From: the human T2T-CHM13v2.0 reference genome, Homo sapiens
Assembly (NCBI RefSeq): GCF_009914755.1
Contig: NC_060931.1
Direction: 5' to 3' (one strand)
DNA: 64,000 bases
Shown: positions 18,792 through 34,564 of the stretch, piece after piece
Position numbering within the stretch: the stretch's first letter is position 1
Layout of the letters: every line of letters starts with the position of its first letter
Translations under genes and position numbers: made by a program
The notes under the pieces: generated by a model
What the model was told of the DNA's origin: nothing
Databases searched by the model: none
Seen by the model: the letters and a program-made list of their open reading frames with translations, nothing else

Positions 18792-19078
18792 ACCTAAAGG
18801 TTTCTCTGTCCACAGTTAACTAACCTACTTGGATGTGTAAACAGACACTTACTCTTTGTCAATCACTGAGTTTTGGCCAGTCAGAGGCGGCCACCTGTTC
18901 AAACCAGGTTCTAATAGGGCAAACCCCGAGTTGTAACCAATCAGCTGTTTCTGCACCTCACTTCTGTTTTGGAGCCCTCACTTTCCTTTTTCTGTCCATA
19001 AATCTTTTCTTGCCACGTGGCTGATCAGGGGGAGCTGCTGGATTTGCAATCGTTCTTTGCTTGATTAAACTCTGTTTA

Positions 19079-19620
<542 letters not shown>

Positions 19621-20030
19621 TCAGGTCTTCCTGATTCCAAGGCAAAGATGACATTTTCACAAACACCATGATGGAGGAAGACCTTGAAGGACCCAGGACA
19701 AGGAAGGCTTGGGGACATGAGTCATTTACTGAGTATGACAGAAGGAGGAAGCATTTAGGCAAAGGCATGGAGGTCAGTTGAGAGGGGACCCCCATGGAGC
19801 TGCCACAGTGGGTAGGTTGAGAAGGGAGGTGAGAGGTAGGCGCTTGGGTCTGGGACTAGGGAGTTTTGATTTGATACAGCGGGCTGCGTTTCAGGGAGCC
19901 CGGGAAGGTTCCTGAAAAGAAAGTGCTGGGTCAGAAATGACATTTGAGAAAGACTGTCATTTGCCATTGGGTGCAAGGCAGTGCTTCAGCGAAAGGAAAG
20001 GGCAGGGAGATGTGTTAAGAGGAAATTCTG

Positions 20031-20359
<329 letters not shown>

Positions 20360-21278
20360 TTACTGACTTAGAAAAGTGGCTTTGTCCTTAGCCTCCTTGT
20401 TGATCTCTGGGAGGGACTTGGAGACCCCAAAGACAGCATGTTCCCTTCTCCCTCTGACTAAGGGGGCTGTGGTAGCTGGGCCACACATTTCTTTGATTTT
20501 GCCTGGAAAACGGAGAAAAGTCCTCGCGGGACTGGCTGTGCTTCTGCAGAAGTATTTATGAGCTGTGAGACTGAAGATCGTAAGGCTCATATATTTTGCT
20601 TTTTACAAAAGCTAATAACTAAAGAAAATGTTTTCTCCATCAGAGAAACTTCAAAGATCCTAGAGAAGAATGCACTAAAACTTATTGAAAGGCGGCATTG
20701 CACACATCTTGAATATAGGCACCAGAGAATGTCCTGAAGCCAGGCAGGCCCCTTCACAGTTTAAGGATTTCTCTGTTTTTCTTCATCGCTCGCAATCAAA
20801 TGCAGCACTGAAGCTGTTAGGCATTTGGCTGTGGCCATCTGCAGGGCAGGCTTGCCAGCCAGATTCTTTTTCATCCAGAGGAGAAGGCTTACAGAGGCGG
20901 GAACAATTGAAAACATCTCCTCATTTAAAAACATAAAAATTTAAAACCTCCCTGCTGCCGTTGAGGGGCAAATTGGCTTCATGATCCTTTGCACTGAGCA
21001 TAGGGAGTTATTTAGGGCAATTACGCAGAAAGGCGGAGAGTGGTGACATCCCAGGAGCCTGGGCCTGCAGTTACTCGTTGGATTGAGTTGGCTGAGTTAG
21101 TTTAGCTTGCCGAGCCTCGCTTTTATCACCTATTAATTGGGATAGTATTTGCCCAGACTGTTTCACAGGGCCATTGAGAAGATCAAAGGAGATTATGTTG
21201 GAATATGGGTGTGAGTGTATGTGTGTGTGGGTGTATATGTGTATGTGTGTATTCACATTCTTGCTTTAAAGAGAGGAT

Positions 21279-21553
21279 TGGCTGGGCACAGTGGCTCGTG
21301 CCTCTAATCTCAGCACTTTGGGAGTCACTCAAGGCCAGGCGTTTGAGACCTGCCTGGGCAACATAGCAAGACCCCATCTCTTAAAAAAAATTAGCTAGGC
21401 ATGGTGGTGCTTGTCTGTAATCCCAACACTTTGGGAGTTTGAGGCAGAAGATGACTAGAAGCGAGGAGACTGAGGTTGCATTGAGCTATGACGGTGTCAC
21501 TGCACTCCAGCCTGGATGACAGAGCAAGACCCTGTCTCTAAAAAATAAATAAA
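21279..21553 (+). mobile_element. Alu (AluJ-like)
   Basis: Sense Alu, degenerate. Confidence 0.9.
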
Positions 21554-21894
21554 GAGGGAGGATTTCTGTTTTCCCCAGGAATTGACTTCCTCTCAAGGGA
21601 GAGGGGAGGCTTGTCTGCTGGGTCAGAGCCTAGCAGCCATGTGTGGAGGTTTCTCAGTGAGTCCGTGAGTGCTCAGTGTGCACTCTCTGCTCCAGCCCCA
21701 CCAGCCGGATGGATCCTGCCAGCCCTAGTGGACATCATCATCACAGCCGGCTGTGAGACCCCTAGGATGTGGGGTCTGCAGACCGTAGCAAGCCTTTGTG
21801 TGATGATCCCAAGGTGGAAGGTGAAAGGCTCCCTGCTCCCCTGTGTCTTGGAGGTGACTGGGCACTTGCCTAGCGTGTGTTCTACAGCTTTTAA

Positions 21895-22347
21895 AAAATT
21901 TTATTATATTTTATCTTCCGGGATCCACATGCAGAAAGTGCAGGTATATTACATAGGTGTGTGCCATGGTGGTTTGCGGTACCTATCACCCCATTACGTA
22001 GGTTTTAAGCCCTGCATGCATTAGCTATTGGTCCTGATGCTTTCCTTCCCCTTGTCCCCCACCGACAGGCCCTGGTGTGTGATGTTCCCCTCCCTGTGTC
22101 CGTGTGTTCTCATCATTCAGCTCCCACTTATGAGTGAGAACATACTGTGCATGGTTTTCTGTTCCTGTGTTAGTTTGCTGAGGATAATGGCTTGCAGCTT
22201 CATCTATGTCCCTGTGAAAGATATGATCTCATTCCTTTTTTATGGCTGCATAGTATTCCATGGTATGTATTTACCACATTTTCTTTATCCAGTCTATCAC
22301 TGATGGGCATTTGAGTTGGTTCCATGTCTTTGCTATTGTGAATTGTG
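21895..22347 (-). mobile_element. L1PA 3' fragment
   Basis: L1PA 3'UTR; TSD ctacagct. Confidence 0.9.
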
Positions 22348-23088
22348 CCTACAGCTATTTTTGGCTCCCGATTGGATGTGATCTCTGTGTGGGGAAAACC
22401 ACTGAGTCTTGGGCCCAGAAAATGCTACAAGGACAGAACTTGTTTCTCACCATTTTTTACTGGATTAAAACTGAGGACCAATTTCTGACAAAATTTGTGA
22501 ACACTGAAAAGTGTGTCACTGGGCTCCTGGCTGCCTCTCCCTGCAGTCACATTTTCTACTTCCCTCCACTGCATTGAAACTGATTTCCAGAAAGACATCA
22601 GTGCTAGTCATCTATACTTTAAAGAGAGTTTGGGTTCATTCATCTCATGTCCCCAGTGGATTTGCATTTAAAGCTGGTTGTTAATTGTGGAAATAAGGCT
22701 TCAATTACCCATTAGAAAGATTTTATTGAGAGAGGGCAGCAGGAAGGATTTCCTGACATCTCTGATATTTTGCTCCCTAAATTGCCCTCTCTGCTTCCTT
22801 AATGGAAAACCAGCCCCATCCACTGTCCCTAAGAACGCAAGGGCTTGATCCTGACACTCTTCTTGTGACCCGCTCAATACCCTTTTAAAGACTGCTCTTC
22901 AAAAAACAAACAACCCCATTAAAAAGTGGGCAAAGGACACGAACAGACACTTTTCAAAAGAAGATATACATGCGGCCAACAAACACAGCAAAAATGCTGA
23001 ACATCACTAACCAGTAGATAAATGCAAACCAAAACCATAATAAGATACCATCTCACACCAGTCAGAACGACTGTTATTGAAAAGTCAA

Positions 23089-24136
<1,048 letters not shown>

Positions 24137-25672
24137 TCAGCCATGGTATAAAACAGTTTGATGATTTATTAAATAATTTAAAATAGAACTACTATTCAAT
24201 TCAGAAATCCCATTACTGGGCATATGCCCAAAGGCATCTAAGTCATTCTACCATAAAGACACATGTGTGTGGATGCTCATCGCAGCACTATTCGCAGAAG
24301 CCAAGACACGGAATCAGTGTAAATGCCCATTAATGATAGACTGGATAAAGAACATGTGGTCCATATAAATCATAGAATACTATGCAGCCATAAAAAATAA
24401 GGAGATCATGTCGTTTGCAGGAATATGGATGGAGCTGGAGGCCACTATCCTAAGTGAACTAACACAAGAACAAAAAACCAAATACTGCATGTTCTATCTT
24501 GTAAGTGGGAGCTAAACATTGAGTACACATAGACAGAAAGAAAAGAACAACAGATACTGGGGCCTACTTGAGGGTGGAGGGTGGGAGAAGGGTGAGGATG
24601 AAAAGACTATCCATTGAGTACTATGCGTATTATCTGGGTGACAAAATAATCTCTGTACCAAACTTCCATAACACTCAATTTACCCATATGACAAACCTGC
24701 ACGTATACTCCCTGAACCTAAAATAAAACTTTAAAAAAGACTGCTGTCAATTTTAAGGATGGGGTAATAGTTGACAATTTCAGTGTCTGTCTAAGTGACT
24801 CTTTAGGATTCATTTGTGTGATCTGCTGATCCCGAAACAAGAATATCATGGCAGCACAAAAGCCTCTAAATGGTTGGAAGTAAAAGAAAAGAAAAAGGTA
24901 TAATTAGTTTATCCAGAATTGTTCTTTTAAGGAAAATGGAGCGTAGACTTTGTTGAAACACCCAGTTTAACAGAAATATCCTACATTTTTTGAGGGCTTC
25001 TTCTGTGCCAGTCCCCTGGGCTGAGAGCTTTGCGTTTAAGTCTGATGTCCACTCTTTGCAAGGGATACTATTGTCATATTTGTTTTTCAGATAAAGAAAC
25101 TAAGGGTTAGAAAGATAAGTAACTTGCCCAAGTCCACCCAGTTTGCAAGAAGTCAGAGGTGGGGATTATCCACCAGCCCTCTGTAAGGTTCTCTTCTTGC
25201 ATTGCTGATGTGTCAGTTGACAAAATGTTTGTCTGTGAGTAAGAGAAAAATCCACTACAATAGCTTAACCAAGCAAGAGTTTGTTTTCCCCACATAATCA
25301 GAAACTCATGAGCAAGCAATCCGTGGCTGGTTCAGGTCCTTCTCTAATTCTGCTCCATCTTCCTTAGCATGTGTCTTCCATCCTCAGGGTCACAAAGTAG
25401 CTGCTGCACTGCACTGCTTTGCACCTGCATTCCAGGCAGGAAGAAGGAGGAAGAGACAAAGGAATTTCTCCTTGCTGGGCTTTGCCTTTTCAATCTGAAA
25501 GGGTTGGTTTCTCTACTAAATTTCTGTTTATATCTCCTTGTCCAAAACTCTGTCATTCCTAACTGAAAAGGAGACTGGAGATTGCATATTTTAGTTTTCC
25601 TAAATAGAAGAAGGGGAGAAACACAGGGCTTGGAATAGTTGGGGAAGACAATCTGCAGTTTTTCCTTAGGTG

Positions 25673-25971
25673 TTTTTTTTTTTTTTTTTTTTTTTTTTGA
25701 GTCAGAGTCTCACTCTGACACCCAGGCTGGAGTGCAGTGACACGATCTCGGCTCACTAAAATCTCCACCTCCCAGGTTCAAGTGATTCTCCTGCCTCAGC
25801 CTCCTGAGTAGCTGGGATTACAGGCACCTGCCACCACGCCTGGTTAATTTTTAGTAGAGTTGGGGTTTCACCATGTTGGCCAGGCTGGTCTCAAACTCCT
25901 GACCTCAAGTGATCCACCTGCCTCAGCCTCCCAAATTGATGGGATTACAGGCATGAGCGGCTGCAATGGCC
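25673..25971 (-). mobile_element. Alu (AluS-like)
   Basis: Antisense Alu dimer. Confidence 0.95.
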
Positions 25972-26397
25972 TTTTCTCAGCTTTTGACTTAAATGCTTTG
26001 CTCCAAAGGTTACTGGTGGGCGTGGCTAGGGCTGTGCCATAATTTTCCCTAGAGAGAGGATCCCTCCACATAACCATATTGTACTAAATAAAACCCCTGC
26101 TTCCTCAGCCCCTCCCAGGTGGCAATCTGCCTGCCTCTACTTGTAGGCTCAGCTCTGCAGTTACCCGAATCAGCCCCAGAGCACCAGAGTGTCCCACCAT
26201 TGGTCTCGTGGGAGCTTAAGGTTGCATGGATCTTCTCAAGTTTAGTGTTTCTTGACCTCTGATCCATGTCAGTCCAGCTAGGATCACTGACTTGTTTGAC
26301 TGTGGCAGGCAGAAGTCCTCTTTGGGGCTTGCTAGTTGCTGTGGTCACCTTGCAAAGGTGAGATGGCCATTCCCTGCCCCCAAAATTTGACTTATAT

Positions 26398-27140
26398 ATT
26401 ATCAAGGCTGATGATGCCACACACACACTAAGAGAGTATGAGAGGATTTATTACTCAGGTAATAAGGCTTTCTGGAGGGAACAGGGCGTGCTCTCGAGCT
26501 GGTCTGGCAATGGCATGAGAGAGCAGGGAGAGAAGACTGTCTTGGGGTGTTATGGTAGTGTCATAGTCAGCTCAGGCAGCCATAATAGGACATCATAGAC
26601 TGGGTGGCTTAAACAATAAAAATTTACATAGTTCTGGAGCCCGGGAAGTCCAAGATCAGGGTGTTAGCATGGCCAGATTCTGGTGAGGGCTCTCTTCTTG
26701 GCTTGTGGGCAGCCACCTTCCTGCTGTGTCCTCATAAGACAGAGAGAGAGAGAGAGGGAGCAAGCAAGCTCTCTGGTGTCTTCTTATGAAGACACTAATC
26801 ATGGGGACCCCATCTTTATGACCTCATCTAAATGTAAAAATCTCCCAAACACCACCATCTCCAAATACCATCCCATTGGAAGTTACGCCTTCAACATATG
26901 GATTTTGGAGGGCAGAATTTGGTTCATAGCAGGTGGCCTAGAGGTCGGAGCCAGAGTGAGAGTTCCCATGCACATGGGAGTGGAGGCTTGTATGACTTAA
27001 ACTTCCCACCTATGCCAATGCAGGGAGAGCCCAGGCTTTCTCATCATCTTGCTGAGATGTGGGCAGAAGGGGAAGGAGACTTAGTGAGACTTGAAACCTA
27101 TCATCAGTCAAACATTAAAAGTGAAGTCAGCCTCGATTAC
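26398..27140. mobile_element. MER76-like ERVL LTR containing an antisense MLT1A/B LTR (~26559-26930)
   Basis: atcaaggctgatgatgccacacac...tttattactca; MLT motifs tagactgggtggcttaaacaa, gggaagtccaagatcagg. Confidence 0.6.
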
Positions 27141-27986
27141 ACCAGTCCTCTCCCTTGGGCTTCCCTCACGTGCCCAGTCTGTGTCCTGATGCCTGGGACT
27201 GTGAAGTTGCTCCCTGTCAACACCAAGTGTCATCTGCTACTCATCAGTGTTCTGTCCCCTGCATAGGCCTCCTTGGACCTCTGTGTACTCCTGAACTATG
27301 CTTTAGTTCACTGTGGTCCTGGGCCCTGTCTACTGAACCCAGGTTAACTCTCCCAGAGCCAGTCATTCTACAACTGATTTGACTCTTCTCCTTATCTTCT
27401 AGCTGTGTTGTGAGACCCCAGCATAATGTAGAACCCCATGTGGCCAAAGCTTTTGGGGTGAATACCTATGTAAAGGACTGTGATCATGCGGGGAGGGTAA
27501 TCTGCTACCTCTGTGACTTTTAGCCCTGGCCCCTCCACGAGACCTACAGCTGTTTATGCCCAGAGAGAAATGGAAATACTTCATTACCCTCATCCTCATC
27601 AGAGATTTCCTGGACATCTCTTGGCAACCCTAATCCATAGCATAGCCTGGACACTCAAGGAGATAGGCGGGGTCCCCTCCCTGAAGGGACTTATGGTCAG
27701 ATTGGGAGGCAAGATTTACATATGCAAAGAAATATGGAAAAAAAGCAGGAAATAGGTGCCAAATAACTGGGACAAAGTAATGATTTCAAGAGATCATTGA
27801 GGGTTGGCACAATAAGAGAGGCTTCCTGGGAGAGATGGGCGCTTGAGCCAAGCCGTGGGAGGGTGAGATATTGATAAGTACGTGTGTGACAGCAGCTGTT
27901 AGATGCCTTCTTTCCCATGTGTAGACTCCTGTTAGTGATCATGGAGGGGAGTTTGATAGTATGAGCCTGAAATATTCAGAATTCTT

Positions 27987-28295
27987 GGCCAGGTGCAGTG
28001 TGGCTCATGCCTATAATTCCAGCACTTTGGAAGGTCGAGGTGGGAGAATCACATGAGCTCAGGAGTTTGAGACCAGTGTGGGCAACATGGTGAGATTCCA
28101 TCTCTGCTAAAAAAAAAAAAAATTAGCCTGATGTGGTGGTGCACACCTGTGGCCCCAGCTACTCAGAAGGCTAAAGCAGGAGGATCACTTGAGACTGGGA
28201 GATCGAGGGTGCAGTGAGCTATGAAGGCATCATTTCACTCCAGCCTGGGTGACAGAGCGAGACCCTGTACCTAAATAAATAAATAAATAAATAAA
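27987..28295 (+). mobile_element. Alu (AluJ-like)
   Basis: Sense Alu with (TAAA)n tail. Confidence 0.95.
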
Positions 28296-28482
28296 TCTCT
28301 AGAATGATTCTTCTCATGGGAGAGCTTATTAGAACCACTAAGAAGGGTAGAAAATAGGACTAAGACTGCTGATTCCTATTTTGTGAGCTCTTCTCCAAGG
28401 TCTTCAAACGTCTTCCTTAGCAGAAGGAGGAGAATGTTTTCTTAGGCCCTTATCCAAAATGCATAAGAGACAAGTAACTGTT

Positions 28483-28546
28483 TTATAAACCTAACATAAA
28501 TGTTAAGTTCTTTCTTATAAACCTAACATAAATGTTAAGTTCTTTC
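28483..28546. repeat. Perfect 32-bp tandem duplication
   Basis: ttataaacctaacataaatgttaagttctttc x2. Confidence 0.95.
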
Positions 28547-28738
28547 TCATGTTTTCCACATGAACTAGTTTTAGACGGCTCATTTCAGTTCTTTGGGGCT
28601 TAGTTTACCCATTTGCCTAATGAGTCAGTGGCTATATGAATATCAGCAACTAATCATTGTATATCATTGCAAATTGACAAGACAGTTCTCCTTGTACAAG
28701 CTTGTTTTCCTTACTCGTCATAACTCTGTGATGTGTAC

Positions 28739-29045
28739 TTTTTTTTTTTTTTTTTTTTTTTTGAGACAAGGTCTTCCTCTGTCGCCCAGGCTGGAGTGCA
28801 GTGGCACAATCTCAGCTCACTACAACCTCCACCTCCTGGGTTCAAGTGATTCTCAAGCCTCAGCCTCCTGAGTCACTAGGATTATAGGCATCTGCCACCA
28901 GGCCTGGATAATTTTTATATTTTTTAAAGTAGAGATGGGGTTTCACCATGTTGGCCAGGCTGGTCTTGAACTCCTGACCTTAAGTGATCTGCCTGTCTCC
29001 ACCTCCCAAAGTGGTGGGATTATAGGCGTGAGCCACCGTGCCCCA
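28739..29045 (-). mobile_element. Alu (AluS-like)
   Basis: Antisense Alu dimer. Confidence 0.95.
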
Positions 29046-29560
29046 ACCGGTGTGTGCTACTTTTTGTATTTTATGGAAAATATCTTTTAAAATGAGGTTC
29101 AGGAAAATTTGCACTTTTTCTAAGATTGTGTGTGTGTGTGTGTGTATAAATGTGCATAAATAAGAGTGATAACCTGAGCTCAGCTCTTTTAGATAACTCC
29201 TAGAATCTTGTTGCCTCAAACTACAAAACAAAGACTCATACAATGCAAGCAAAGTGCATCACAAACCAAAAGCAAACCAAAACCCTTCAAGCTAAAAATT
29301 GGGGAAACACACCGGAAAATTCCTTGATAATGTCAGAGTGCTGTGCAAAGGTGGAGGGTTATTATTACTGTTCTTTGTTTTGCAATAACTCAGCATAAGC
29401 AGAGGTCATGGTCAAGTTGACTGTACGGTGGGTGCATGGCTTATATGGTCCTCAACCTTCCCTTGAATACAACATCTCCATCCTCTGGATACTGGGGTCT
29501 TCTGTCAGCTGGAGGGGCCTTGACTTGATCTTTGGATGTTGATATGTTTTTGGATAAATA

Positions 29561-29573
29561 CTCTCTCTCTCTC

Positions 29574-29619
<46 letters not shown>
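29561..29619. repeat. (CT)n(CA)n compound microsatellite
   Basis: Seen directly. Confidence 0.95.
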
Positions 29620-30199
29620 AACTTTCTCTTGTTGTTTGTATTGGCCTTCAAGTTCTTGGTTGCATTATACAGTGAGCTGGAACTCTTGATAAAGGAGTTC
29701 TGTACAGTGATGACAAGAATTGATTTCCAATTTCCTGCAGAATGACTCTATCATTGCTAGTGACTCAGGCAATTTAGCTCATATTCCAGGCCTGCCTGGG
29801 GGCTATAGATCACACTGACAGCTTCCCAGTTATGCAGGAGGTGGATTTTGACAAGATGAGGAAAGGGACATTTTCAAAGAGTCTTGCACTGGGGATGGCC
29901 AGAAGGGAATGGCTGCCCCAGGGCTTTGGGCCATATGAGTGTTGTGTTGAGAGTAGACATGTCTTTGCTGTCATGGGGATGCTGGTTCATGGTCGGGCTT
30001 CCATTAGCTGCCCAGGCCAGCCCTTCTCCTCACCCCATAAACTGTCCAGTCCTGCTTAATCACAAGAACATTCTATTCCCCAGCCAAAAGACAGAGGAGA
30101 TACATTTCCTTTAGTTTCCTCCTACAAAATAACATTTAGACAGCATGAGTAGAGGGCAAAACAAAGTGTGCAATATGCATGTATTTAACAAGCTGCCTG

Positions 30200-30523
<324 letters not shown>

Positions 30524-30851
30524 ACAAGCTGCCTGGCCTGGTGGAAGGTGCATGGGAGACTAAGTTGGTTTTGTTTTTAGTTTTCTCATAGGCTTTTCCA
30601 TGTACTGTTTGTGTGAACATGGGCACATCATGTAGCCTCTCTGAGCTTCAGCTGATTCATCTGTTAATGGAGACAATTATATTACCTATGGGGTTGCTGG
30701 GGAGAGGGGGTTAGATGAAATAATTTGTAAGAGCTCAAAATTAGTTGAATCAGAATCTGTTTTCTTGTTGGATTCTTCTCTTCATTTAACAACAAGCCCT
30801 GAGCCCTTATTTTGTTTCTGCTTGCATCAGGCCTTGCGGACACAACAGAAG

Positions 30852-31316
30852 TGTCTTAGTTCATTTGTGCTGCTATGATAAAATATCACAGACTGGGTAA
30901 TTTACAAAGAATGGAAATTTATTTCTCATGGTTCTGGAGGCTGGGAAGTCCAAGGCCAAGATGCTGGCAGGTTTAGTGTCTGGTGAGGAATTGGTTTCCA
31001 TTTCCAAGAGAGCACCTGGTGGCTGCATCCCCAGGAGGGGAGAAACGCTGTGTTCCCATGTGGCAGAAGGGCAAGAGAGTGCTCCCTTTAACCTTGAGCC
31101 CTTTTATAATAATCCATTCATGAGGGCAGAGCTCTCATGACTTAATCATTCCCCAGTGATTAATCACTTCCTCAATGATTTTGAGAGATCATTGAGAGCT
31201 GGCCCAATAAGAGGGGCTTCCTGGGGAAGGTGGGCACTTGAACACCTCTTGGTACCACTGCAATGGAGATTAAGTTTCAACACATGAATATTGGAGGGAA
31301 CACATTTAAGCCATAG
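30852..31316 (-). mobile_element. MLT1A/MST-type MaLR LTR with 70-bp foreign insert
   Basis: tgtcttagttcatttgtgctgctat...gttctggaggctgggaagtccaag...tttcaacacatgaa. Confidence 0.85.
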
Positions 31317-32094
31317 TGAGAAGTGCTGGAGAAACAAGGAATGCACACAAACAATTCAATGGGATGGCTTGTTAAATAATGGAACTGCTGTTCCTTTGTT
31401 CCCTGGCTGGGTGGGCACTTTCCTCTAAGATCCCGTAGCTCCTTGTGCTGACCCCATCTCTGCGTGGTCTCATCCTATTGCACTTCTCTGTGCTCTGCTG
31501 ATTGGGCCCAGACCAAGGACTCTGTGAAAGGAGAGGGGGTCATTTCTCATGGATCTCTGGACGCTTGGTGTCAGGTACATGCTCCAGGACATAGTAGTGC
31601 TATCTTTATGTGCTTATTTACCATGAAAGCGTGGTTCGTGGGTTGCACAAAGGGTTGGGTTTGGCCAACCTGATTTTTGAATTCCTTGCTAACTTGGCTG
31701 CTCCTGAACTTCTCAGCTTGATGAGATCCTAATTTCCCACATAGGCAAGGCCTTGGTGTTACACCCACCCTGATGCCACCTATGCTTCTTTCTGCCATGT
31801 TCTGGCTTTTACTGTCAGCCCAGTTCTGCTTTGGAAGGAAAAGGCAATATGCCCCAGTGGTCCCCACTGGAGTGGCAGCTGTTTGACACCACATGTGTGC
31901 CTATGTCCTATTTATCACTTATACTTAGGTTCACATCACCTTTACTACCAAGGTAGCCCTTGGATCTAAAATACTGGTCAGTGCCTTCCTTCACTGTGCC
32001 TGGAAAAGTCTTAATTTCTATAGTTTTTTTTTAATGTCTGTAAAGGAAAGATAACAATCACTGATATATTCATTTGTATCTATATCTATATTCA

Positions 32095-32250
32095 TTTATT
32101 TTTAGAGATGGAGTCTTGCCCTGTTGCCCGGGCTGGAGTGCAGTGGCTCAATCATAGCTCACTGTAGCCTCAAACTCCTGGGTTCAAGCAATCCTCCCAC
32201 CTCAGCCTCCTGAGTAGCTGGGACTACAGGCGCACACCACCACATCTGGT
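32095..32250 (-). mobile_element. Alu right monomer / FRAM-like
   Basis: Single antisense arm. Confidence 0.85.
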
Positions 32251-32755
32251 TTGTCAATATTATTAGATGATTGTTTGAAATAATGTAGGGAAAGTGCAAA
32301 GTAATAAGTAGGACACAAAAAGGTGGAAGAGTAATTAGTATTATCCCTGTTGAGTGATAGACAAATGTACGTATACTGCTTTGTAGAAGATTTAACACAG
32401 AGACTGGGTTTTCCCTTTCTCAGTGGACTCAGCAGGTGCATTTCTTTGCATTTACTCATTCATTCATTTTCATCTGCTGAATCTGCATGGATTGCATGTT
32501 GGTTACTAGATAAAGCAGCTCTCCTCAGGGTGCACATTGAAATGAAGGACAGTGATCTGCCTCCCAGAGTCATCCAAGCAATTCAGAACATAGCCATGTT
32601 AGGACCAGGAGGCCTGCTGTGTGGGCTGTGATGCTGAGCTAAGCCTAATTCATTTAATCTGCATCACAACTCTATGAGGTGGGTCCATGACTACCTCTGG
32701 CTTGCAGATGTGGAAACTAAGGCACAGAGGGTAAGAAACTGGCTCAAAGTCCCAT

Positions 32756-33549
32756 TGAAGCAGCATCGTTGTCTGGGGTAAATACCTGAGATTCGTTGTC
32801 TCATGGCTGTGGAAAACTAGGACGTGGACACACAGAGGATGAGGTTCAGAGTGAAAGTTTAATAGGCAAAATAAAGAGAAGAGATCTCTGCGGTAGAGAG
32901 GGATCCCTGAGAAGTGCGTTGCTGCTTCCAGGGTGAAATGCAGGAGGTTTTATAGATAAGCTTGAGGAGGTGGCATCTGATTTACATAGGGCACGAGAGA
33001 TTGGTTGGACCAGTGTGTCATTTGCATAGAGCATGAAAAACTGGTTAGTGCTAGGTGTGCCATCTGCATAGGGTGCGAATTTCTCATATGATGTGGTTTG
33101 GGTCTATGTCCCTGCCCAAATCTCACGTTCAATTGTAATCCCCAACGTTGGAGGTAGGGCCTGGTGGGAGGTGATTGAATCATGGGGGTGGATTTCCCGC
33201 TTGGTACTGTCCCTAATCTTTTTTTATGCAGATGGTTTATCTACCTGGCCGGCACCATGTTGCCCATTTCTTTACTGTACACGTGGTGACAAAGAAAAGG
33301 GAAGATGGAGCCTCCATGTTGAACATGCCTGGCCCCCAGGTAGCCCTTTTCTATTGGCACAGCTGCCGGCATTCACCTGTGCAAGCTTCCCCCTTGCTTT
33401 TCTATGTCTGCAGCTTGATTTTACAGGCTGCTCTTTGTTAGAAAAGAAATGATTTGGAGGCTGCTTTTTTTTTTGTAAAAAGGGAAATTCCTCCAAGGAC
33501 TCTTACTATCACTATCTGCCTAAATAATTTCTTTCTATGTTCTGAATCA
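32756..33549 (-). mobile_element. LTR9-type ERV1 solo LTR (in a MIR) with 122-bp MST insert
   Basis: TG...CA ends, 4-bp TSD ccat/ccac; reverse strand gaaattatttaggcagatagtga...aacaaagagcagcctgtaaaatc. Confidence 0.75.
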
Positions 33550-33653
33550 CCACGAGAGGGTAGAGCAGACATTTGAACTCAGGCCCTGTGCTCTTAAACA
33601 TGACATGATATCTTACCTAAGCGGTGGATGTAGACAGATGATTTTCCATGTGA

Positions 33654-34036
<383 letters not shown>

Positions 34037-34049
34037 ATCAAAAGTCTTT

Positions 34050-34397
34050 TTTATTGCTCTGTAATAGTTATACATATTTATGGGCTACATGTGACATTTG
34101 ATATATTGTATAATGTGTAATGATCAAATCAGGGTAATTAGAATATCCATCACCTCAAACATTTATCATGTCTTTGTTTTGGGAACTTTCCGGTTCTTCT
34201 CTTCTAGCTATTTTGAAATATACAATGAATTATTGTTAACAGTAGTCACTCTACTGTGCTATCAAACACTAGCACTTATTCCATCTGTAACTGTATTTTT
34301 GTACCTATTAACCAACCTCTCATCCCTGTCCTTCCACCCTTCTCAGCCTCTGGGAATCATCACTCTACTTTCTTCCTCCATGAGATTGACTTTTTAA
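34050..34397 (-). mobile_element. L1MA-type 3' fragment
   Basis: gatcaaatcagggtaattagaatatccatcacctcaaacatttatc. Confidence 0.8.
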
Positions 34398-34564
34398 GCA
34401 TATGAATGAGAACCTGCTATTATTGAAGTCTTTGACAGCACAAGTAATTGCTGGAGACCCAGATATTCAGTACACACATGTATGTGGAACTATGAATGTG
34501 AACACATACACACACACATGTACACATGCACCCATATGCAAGCACACAGATATGATAAAAGGAC

